Below, piece by piece: positions 57,820 to 64,000 of a stretch of 64,000 bases of DNA (position 1 is its first letter; each line of letters opens with the position of its first letter). The position numbers and the translations under genes are program-made. Location of the stretch: the NCBI GenBank assembly GCA_963665845.2, contig OY762492.1:2592001-2656000 (forward strand). Direction: 5' to 3'. This DNA is from Candidatus Poribacteria bacterium (GTDB lineage Bacteria; Poribacteria; WGA-4E; GCA-2687025). The notes under the pieces were generated by a model. The model worked only from the letters and a program-made list of their open reading frames with translations, made no database searches and was not told where the DNA came from.

Positions 57820-57908
57820 GCCGGAGTGGTGAAATTGGTAGACGCAGGGGACTCAAAATCCTCCGGGCCTTAAAGCCCATGTCGGTTCAAGTCCGACCTC
57901 CGGCACCA
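57820..57908 (+). tRNA. tRNA-Leu (CAA)
   Basis: GCCGGAG..GGGGA CT CAA AA TCCTC, long variable arm, GGTTCAAGTCC, CTCCGGCACCA. Confidence 0.96.
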
Positions 57909-57974
57909 TCCGCTTTCAAAAAAAACGACCCCTGCCCATCGCCCCGTAGATCCGATAAATGAAGCGAGTTCAGC

Positions 57975-58433
57975 ATGGAAGAACGAGACGACTCATTGAA
58001 CGATTCATTGAACGAAGAAGATAGCGGCGAAACCTACGACACCTACATCGAACGGGATGAGAAGTTTGCCCCGGAGGTGATCGTCGCGCCGAAGCAGCAG
58101 GTGTTTTTATACAGGCGGCTCCAAGACGCGCGCCACCCGCACCGCATCGCGGTCGTTGACGAGGACAACAGCCCGATCGGGTATCTGGAACGGGAGCTGG
58201 CGGAGACGGCCATTCTGCAGGGTCTCAAAGAAGGCTCCCGCTATCAGTGCTACATCTCCGACGACGAGGCGGACGGGCGCATTCCGCTCCTCATCACCTC
58301 AATGACCGAGCTGGAGGTGAATCAGATGCTCCAGGAGCGGGATTTAGCCGGCCCGCCGAGCGGAGCCGCAGAAGACGACATGGCGGCGTTTTTGCAAAAG
58401 CTCGCCCTTCTCGACTCCGCCGACGAGGAATAA
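57975..58433 (+). CDS. Acidic protein with HIRAN-like domain
   Basis: LYRRLQDARHPHRIAVVD..PIGYLERELA resembles the HIRAN L.R.P.N..D.NAI.V..IGY pattern. Confidence 0.6.
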   Translation: MEERDDSLNDSLNEEDSGETYDTYIERDEKFAPEVIVAPKQQVFLYRRLQDARHPHRIAVVDEDNSPIGYLERELAETAILQGLKEGSRYQCYISDDEADGRIPLLITSMTELEVNQMLQERDLAGPPSGAAEDDMAAFLQKLALLDSADEE

Positions 58434-58442
58434 GTTTATTCT

Positions 58443-58608
58443 CTGACATCGCGTCTTTAGTTGGACATTCCGCCTGGGGAACGCCGACAGTTTCTGCGCC
58501 GCTTCTAGATTCCCGCTTACGCGGGAATGACGGTCTGGTTGGCGGCGCCTTTTCCCATGAATAGAGCGATCGTCAGTTCAAATGTCCCATCTTTCTGCAT
58601 GAGGTCAG
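58443..58608. repeat. Family-1 MITE-like element (degenerate TIRs)
   Basis: CTGACATCGCGTCTTTAGTTGGACA...TGTCCCATCTTTCTGCATGAGGTCAG; abuts the sulfurtransferase stop codon. Confidence 0.85.
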
Positions 58609-59454
58609 TTATTCTCCCTTGGCGATGAGCGCCCCGACAATGTTGCCCCATTCGGTCCATGAGCCGTCGTAGTTCCGCACCTTTTCATGCCCAAGCAGGT
58701 ACTTCAGCGCAAACCAGGTGTGGGACGAACGCTCGCCGATGCGGCAGTAGGCGATCGTTTCCTTGGACCTGTCCAGCGTTCCGTAAAGCTGCTCCAGATC
58801 GTCCGCCGATTTGAAGGTGCCGTCCTCGTTCACGGCGGACGCCCATGGGACGTTCAGAGCGCCGGGGATATGTCCGCCGCGCTGCGCCGTCTCGGACAGG
58901 CCGGGGGGAGCCAGCACTTCGCCGGTGAATTCCGCCGGCGAACGCACATCGACCAGATTGATCGACTCGCCGCTCAAACCGGCGCTCACATGCATGCTGT
59001 AGGAGCGGACGTTGTCGTCCGCAAAACTGGCGCGGTAGCCCTCGGAGGAGTGGTCGGGGACGTCCGTTGTGAGCGGGCGTCCTTCCGCGGCCCACTTGCT
59101 GCGTCCGCCGTCCATGAGGCGCAGTTTGTCTTCGCCATGCCCCCAGTAGCGGCATTGCCAGAGCGCGTAGGTGGCGAACCAGTTGTTGTTGTCGCCGTAA
59201 AAGACGATCGTTGTGTCGTTGCCGATGCCTGAAGCGTCCATGAGCGCTTCAAAGTCCTCTTTTGTCAGGATGTCTCGGCGCACCTGGTCGCATAGCTGCG
59301 TTTGCCAGTTCCAGCCGACCGCGCCCTCGATATGCCCTTCGCCGTATGAGCTGGTGTCAACATCCACCTCCACCAAGCGTATTCCGCCGCCGGCGCCATG
59401 TTCGGCGACCCAGTCGGTGTCGACCAGCATTTCGGGTTGAGCGTATTCTGCCAT
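58609..59454 (-). CDS. Two-domain thiosulfate sulfurtransferase (rhodanese)
   Basis: GHIEGAV, YGDNNNWFA, VDVRSP.EF.G, GHIPGA, active site YCRIGERS, YDGSWTEW. Confidence 0.95.
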   Translation of the reverse strand: MAEYAQPEMLVDTDWVAEHGAGGGIRLVEVDVDTSSYGEGHIEGAVGWNWQTQLCDQVRRDILTKEDFEALMDASGIGNDTTIVFYGDNNNWFATYALWQCRYWGHGEDKLRLMDGGRSKWAAEGRPLTTDVPDHSSEGYRASFADDNVRSYSMHVSAGLSGESINLVDVRSPAEFTGEVLAPPGLSETAQRGGHIPGALNVPWASAVNEDGTFKSADDLEQLYGTLDRSKETIAYCRIGERSSHTWFALKYLLGHEKVRNYDGSWTEWGNIVGALIAKGE

Positions 59455-59533
59455 GTGTTCTCTCCGCGTCTGCCTTGTGAGATATGTTGAGCATTATCAT
59501 AGCCTTGACGGAGCCGCGCGTCAACCCATGCGC

Positions 59534-59560
59534 CTGACCTCGCGTCTTAAGTTGGGACAT
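59534..59560. repeat. Solo family-1 terminal repeat
   Basis: CTGACCTCGCGTCTTAAGTTGGGACAT in a divergent promoter region. Confidence 0.75.
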
Positions 59561-59646
59561 GCCGGTGCCGGTATGCCGGTTGACCTGCGGCTCAAACAGC
59601 TGTAAAGTTGATCAGTGAAAACGGCAACCTCCAAAGGAGACCTCCC

Positions 59647-60462
59647 ATGCAGCGGGTTAAACTCGGCAACACCGGCATCGAAACCTCCTATCTCGCCATC
59701 GGAACCGGCACGAACGGATGGAACGGCTCCTCCAACCAGACGCGCCTCGGATTTGAAAACTGCGTCAACCTCTTGGAATACGCCTACGACAACGGCGTCG
59801 CCTTCATCGACTCCGCCGATATGTACGGCTCGCACCGCGAAACCGCCGAGCTCGGCAAGCGCGTCGGGCGAAGCAACCTGGTCGTCGCCACGAAGACGGT
59901 CGCCAAAGACGCCGAAAAGGCGAAGGCGGACATCCCCCGATTCCTCAAAGAGCTGAACACTGACTACCTGGACATCGTCCTCATGCACTGCATGACGCGC
60001 GGCGACTGGCCGACCGCGATGCGCCCCGTCATGGACATCCTCTCCGACTACAAGCGCAGGGGCGTCATCCGCGCGGTCGGCGTCTCATGCCACGACTTCG
60101 CCGCGTTCCAAAACGCCGCCGAAGAAGAGTGGGTCGACATCGTCCTCGCCCGCGTCAACTACGACGGCGTCGCCATGGACGCGCCGCCTGACCAGGCGAT
60201 TCCCGTCATCGAACGCATGAAGGCGAACGGAAAAGCGGTGTACGGCATGAAGGTGATCGGACAGGCGCGGCTGGCGGACAACTGGAAAGGCGCCATCAAG
60301 TTTGTGTTCGACCTGGACTGCGTTGACGCTGTCACGATCGGAATGCAGAGCCGCGAAGAGATCGACCGCAATGTCGGCTATATCCGCTCGCTTTTCAATT
60401 CGTCGTCCGGCTCGCCGCCTCTGAATATGCGTCCGAACATCGGCGGTCTTGAAGCGCGGTAA
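59647..60462 (+). CDS. Aldo/keto reductase
   Basis: LGNTG..S.L.IGT, FIDSADMYG, VATK, LNTDYLDIVLMH, IRAVGVS; AAGGAG RBS. Confidence 0.9.
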   Translation: MQRVKLGNTGIETSYLAIGTGTNGWNGSSNQTRLGFENCVNLLEYAYDNGVAFIDSADMYGSHRETAELGKRVGRSNLVVATKTVAKDAEKAKADIPRFLKELNTDYLDIVLMHCMTRGDWPTAMRPVMDILSDYKRRGVIRAVGVSCHDFAAFQNAAEEEWVDIVLARVNYDGVAMDAPPDQAIPVIERMKANGKAVYGMKVIGQARLADNWKGAIKFVFDLDCVDAVTIGMQSREEIDRNVGYIRSLFNSSSGSPPLNMRPNIGGLEAR

Positions 60463-60465
60463 ACA

Positions 60466-61401
60466 ATGCGGAGCATGCGCGGGAAGCGCCCCGCGGCAAA
60501 ACCATCCTGGAAACGCCGCATAGACAAGGCGCTCCCGGCGTGGATGCTGGCGCCGACAGCGGTACTGCTGTTTGGGCTGTTCATCTTTCCGCTGCTCTGG
60601 TCGCTTGGGCTGAGTTTCTACCGGTACTCTGCCCTGCGTCCGCAGCAGGCGCCGCGCTTTGTCGGCTTTGAAAACTACGCCTGGCTCCTGACCGACTCGT
60701 CCACCTGGTCGCGCTTCATTGCGACCGGCGTTTTAGTGGCAGGCTCCGTCGGGCTGCAGTTTCTGATTGGCGTCTCGCTCGCGTTTCTGCTCTACCGCGA
60801 CTTCAAAGGGCGCAAGATCGTCCTGTCGATACTGATTGCGCCGATGATGATGGCGCCGGTCGCGGCGGGCGCGTTTTTTAAGCTGATCTACGACCCGACC
60901 TTCGGCGTCTTGACCTATTTGACGAAGACGCTGCTCGGCGTCCAGGTCGGCTGGCTGGAGAAATCCGCGCCCGCCATGCTCGGCGTCATCATCGCGGACA
61001 CATGGATGTGGTCGCCGTTTGTGATGCTGTTGACGCTGTCCGGCTTGCTGTCGGCGCCGAAGCATCTGCTGGAGATGGCGCAGATCGACCGGGCGGGGCG
61101 CAGCCTCACCTTTCGGTATATCCTTCTGCCGCACATCAAGCCGCTCATGATGCTGGCGGTTCTGCTCCGCACGATGGAGTCGTTCAAGCTGTTCGACACG
61201 ATCTGGATTATGACGCAGGGCGGACCTGGGGACGCGACGGAGACGCTGGCGCTGGCGCTTTACCGCGTCGGTTTTCAGTATTACGACACCGGGCGCGCGT
61301 CGGCTCTGGCGTATCTGATGCTCGCGGCGGTGATTGTTCTGAGCAATTTTTATCTGCGTTTGGCGTCCCGCGCGTCGTCGTCGCCGGAGGGGGAAACATG
61401 A
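60466..61401 (+). CDS. Carbohydrate ABC transporter permease (MalF-like)
   Basis: FVGFENY, TWMWSPF, EAA-like EMAQIDRA, KLFD, GGPG.ATETL. Confidence 0.92.
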   Translation: MRSMRGKRPAAKPSWKRRIDKALPAWMLAPTAVLLFGLFIFPLLWSLGLSFYRYSALRPQQAPRFVGFENYAWLLTDSSTWSRFIATGVLVAGSVGLQFLIGVSLAFLLYRDFKGRKIVLSILIAPMMMAPVAAGAFFKLIYDPTFGVLTYLTKTLLGVQVGWLEKSAPAMLGVIIADTWMWSPFVMLLTLSGLLSAPKHLLEMAQIDRAGRSLTFRYILLPHIKPLMMLAVLLRTMESFKLFDTIWIMTQGGPGDATETLALALYRVGFQYYDTGRASALAYLMLAAVIVLSNFYLRLASRASSSPEGET

Positions 61402-62243
61402 ATTGGAAAAAAACGCTGCGCGTCGTTCTGATTGCCGTTATCGCGGCGCTGTATGCGTTCCCTGTTCTGTGGGTTATGTTGACGGCGTTCAAGGAGCGGG
61501 TCGATATTTTTGCGCAGCCGCCGAAGCTGTTTTTCACGCCGACGCTGGACAACTTCGCCCGCATTTTTTCCGACGCCGGCTCTGAAGGCTCCATCTTCAG
61601 CTCCAACTTCGCCCGTTATTTTTTTAACAGCGCGCTGCTCTCGTTCGGCAGCGTCTTCACAGCGATCGTCTTCGGGACGATGGGCGCTTACGCCGCGTCG
61701 CGCTTTCCGTTTAAAAACCGCGACTTTGCGATGTTCTCGATTCTCTCCACGCGCATGCTGCCCGCCGTCGCGGTCGTCATACCGGTCTATCTGCTGTATC
61801 GGACGCTGAACCTGATGAACACTTATCTTGGGATGACGCTGCTTTATACGGCGTTCAATTTGCCGTTTGTGATCTGGATGATGCGCAGCTTTTTTGACGA
61901 AATACCGCGCGAGATTGAGGAGGCGGCGATGATGGACGGCTCCTCCCGTTTCCGCGCGTTTTACAAGGTGGCGCTGCCGCAGGTGAAATCGGGCATTGCG
62001 GGCGCGGCGGTCATTTCGCTCCTGTTCACATGGAACGAGTTTCTGTTTGCGTCCATGTTGACCGGCGAGAAGACGCGCACGGTACCCATCGCGCTGGCGC
62101 AGACGCTTCAAGGCGAACGGGGAGTCGACTGGGGAAAATTAGCGGCGATTGAAACGCTTTACATTCTGCCGGTGCTGATTGCGGCGGCTTTGCTTCAGAA
62201 ATATCTGCTGCGCGGTCTTACGTTTGGGACGGTGAAAGGTTGA
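61398..62243 (+). CDS. Carbohydrate ABC transporter permease (MalG-like)
   Basis: PTLDNF, FFNS, EIEEAAMMDG EAA loop, WNEFLFA, YLLRGLTFGTVKG. Confidence 0.93.
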   Translation: MNWKKTLRVVLIAVIAALYAFPVLWVMLTAFKERVDIFAQPPKLFFTPTLDNFARIFSDAGSEGSIFSSNFARYFFNSALLSFGSVFTAIVFGTMGAYAASRFPFKNRDFAMFSILSTRMLPAVAVVIPVYLLYRTLNLMNTYLGMTLLYTAFNLPFVIWMMRSFFDEIPREIEEAAMMDGSSRFRAFYKVALPQVKSGIAGAAVISLLFTWNEFLFASMLTGEKTRTVPIALAQTLQGERGVDWGKLAAIETLYILPVLIAAALLQKYLLRGLTFGTVKG

Positions 62244-63004
62244 GCATTGGACGCGCCGCGGGAATGCTCGCGATTCTTCTGACAGTTCCGCTTACGCTTG
62301 CCTCGCCGTCCAAAGCGCAGCAGCAGATTTCCCGCTATGTCAACGCTGAATTAAGCTACGACCATCTCTATGCCGGTTTCTTCCAATCTAACGTTGCCGA
62401 TGAAGATGCGCCCAACGGCTTCGGCATGGAGTTCGTCGGCTCAAAGTCGTTCGGCGATCATTTTCATGTGTGGGGAAACGGCGGACGCAACACCGTTGAA
62501 TCCACAGAATCGGATGAGCGCTGGACATCATCCATATTCAACATCGGCGTTGGAACTCAATTGGACGCTTCAGAGTACGCCAGCGTCTTCGCCCGCGTCG
62601 GCTTCATCTTCATGGATGCGTCGGCGGATAGCTTCGGCGTCGGAGGCAGCGGATACTGGGACGGTTACATCGCTTCGCTCGGCGCCATGACATTCCCAAT
62701 TTCAAAATTGGGATTGGCGGCAAGCGTTGAGCGCATTGAAATCGACAATGAGACCGAGTACGTTCTTGAGTTCTTTCTTGGCGTTTCAGCGCAGTACCGG
62801 TTCACAGATAAAGTCGCGGCGCGGGCGTTTATTCAACGCGGCATTTCGGATGAGGTCTCCGATTACAACGTTCTTGGCGCGATGGCGGAGTTACGCTTCA
62901 CGAACGTTCTCGCGGCTTATGCGAGCTGGACGCGTCTCTCCCCAGACGACGACGCTATCGATGTTCGCGCTTTCGGCGCAGGTTTGAGATTCCATCTCCC
63001 ATGA
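62240..63004 (+). CDS. Outer-membrane beta-barrel protein
   Basis: Signal peptide ending SKA, alternating amphipathic strands, C-terminal FGAGLRFHLP. Confidence 0.72.
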   Translation: MSIGRAAGMLAILLTVPLTLASPSKAQQQISRYVNAELSYDHLYAGFFQSNVADEDAPNGFGMEFVGSKSFGDHFHVWGNGGRNTVESTESDERWTSSIFNIGVGTQLDASEYASVFARVGFIFMDASADSFGVGGSGYWDGYIASLGAMTFPISKLGLAASVERIEIDNETEYVLEFFLGVSAQYRFTDKVAARAFIQRGISDEVSDYNVLGAMAELRFTNVLAAYASWTRLSPDDDAIDVRAFGAGLRFHLP

Positions 63005-63059
63005 TCAGCCGGCAGTCTCTATCAAACCCGATCGGTTGAACCAAGCCCCGTTTTTGCGT

Positions 63060-63488
63060 ATGCTTCGTCTTATGGAAGCCTCCGCATCTCCGCATCGCTT
63101 CGTCTGCTCTCTGACGGTTCGAACCTACGAGCTGGACGGCTTTAGGCATGTGAACAACGCTGTCTTTGTGCAGTATCTAGAGGCGGCGCGCGGCGAGATG
63201 ATCCTTTCCGCCGGGCTGGAATACGCCGACTTTCACCGCTGGGAAGCCTACCCAGTCGTCGCGCGTTTGGAAGCGGAGTATTTCCGCCCCGCTCATGCCG
63301 ACGACGATCTTGAGATCGAGTGCAGCGTTGTTGAAACGAAACGAACCCGCTTCACCGTTCAGTACCGCATTCGGCGGATCAAGGACGACGCGCTGATTCT
63401 CCGCGCCTCCACCGTCCATGCCTTTGTCCGTCCGGACGGGAAGCCTGTGCGCGTTCCCGCTCCGTTTCGCGCCGCCTTCGGTCTTTAA
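63060..63488 (+). CDS. Acyl-CoA thioesterase (YbgC/4HBT hot-dog fold)
   Basis: VRTYELD.FRHVNNAVFVQYLEAAR, GKPVRVP; start uncertain (63036/63060/63072). Confidence 0.9.
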   Translation: MLRLMEASASPHRFVCSLTVRTYELDGFRHVNNAVFVQYLEAARGEMILSAGLEYADFHRWEAYPVVARLEAEYFRPAHADDDLEIECSVVETKRTRFTVQYRIRRIKDDALILRASTVHAFVRPDGKPVRVPAPFRAAFGL

Positions 63489-64000
63489 CCGCTCCACAAC
63501 GAAAAATACTTTTCCAAAAGAAGAAACCCCCATCGCCCGCTGACCCAAGCCGCTATGCCCAAAAAAACGCCGTACGGGATCTGTCGGCGCCCTCTCAACC
63601 GCACAACCGCCAGACCGACGACGCTGCCGATCACGGCGCTGAGCGAAATCGTCAACAGAACAAGGCTCCAGCTCCCTAAAAACAGACCGATCATTCCGAT
63701 CAGTTTGACGTCGCCGAACCCCATCGCTTCCCCCCGATAGGCGAAGTTGGCGACCGTCCGAATCAGCCAAAGCGCGCCGAAGCCGACCGCGCCCGCCGCC
63801 CCCGCATCGACAAGCGGTTTCCACGCGCCCGTCAGCGCCGAGTCCGCCGCGGCGAGGGTCAACCCCAGCGCCGCGCCGATTCCTGTTAAAACGTCCGGCA
63901 AACGCTCCGTCCGCCAGTCGATGATGCCCAGCGCGAGCAGCAATGCTCCAAACAGCGCCAACCGCGCGCCGTTCAGCGCCGGACCTTCCGCCCATGCCGC
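63485..64000 (-). CDS. pilD: Prepilin peptidase (A24), 5' end outside window
   Basis: IIDW..RLPD, EAMGFGDVKL (GxGD), IPYGVFL. Confidence 0.9.
   Translation of the reverse strand, partial: AAWAEGPALNGARLALFGALLLALGIIDWRTERLPDVLTGIGAALGLTLAAADSALTGAWKPLVDAGAAGAVGFGALWLIRTVANFAYRGEAMGFGDVKLIGMIGLFLGSWSLVLLTISLSAVIGSVVGLAVVRLRGRRQIPYGVFLGIAAWVSGRWGFLLLEKYFSLWSG

Overview
High-GC bacterial chromosomal window. Gene content (two LamG proteins sharing a short C-terminal 'V-x-P-x-G-K/R-x-A-x-A-W-x-E-L/V-K' tail, two PhyH dioxygenases, a sulfatase, HEAT/TPR and pentapeptide proteins) suggests a Candidatus Poribacteria-like organism; this is inference. Housekeeping content: glgC and a phosphohexomutase behind a two-component pair, pyrE, polA, a frameshifted PBP1B, bioF-bioD, a sulfurtransferase, sugar ABC permeases, a prepilin peptidase and four tRNAs (Pro-TGG, Arg-CCT, Leu-CAG, Leu-CAA). 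Notable content: (1) a two-gene HEPN-DUF499 ATPase + DUF1156 methylase module with no helicase/nuclease partner; (2) a DNA methyltransferase-HNH fusion inside a metabolic operon; (3) an intact IS1595-family element whose ends merge into a dispersed palindrome; (4) roughly 5 kb of intergenic mosaics built from a few interchangeable palindromic modules (dRS3-like ATTCCC-N8-GGGAAT, CCCCCTTGAAAAGGGGG, a 9-nt-periodic module) and two MITE-like families, including a 4x ~261-bp tandem array; (5) a two-domain PTPS plus sepiapterin-reductase-like SDR; (6) a candidate tandem Hfq/Sm-like protein. No CRISPR array, rRNA or prophage was seen. All calls are from motif recognition by eye; no searches were run.
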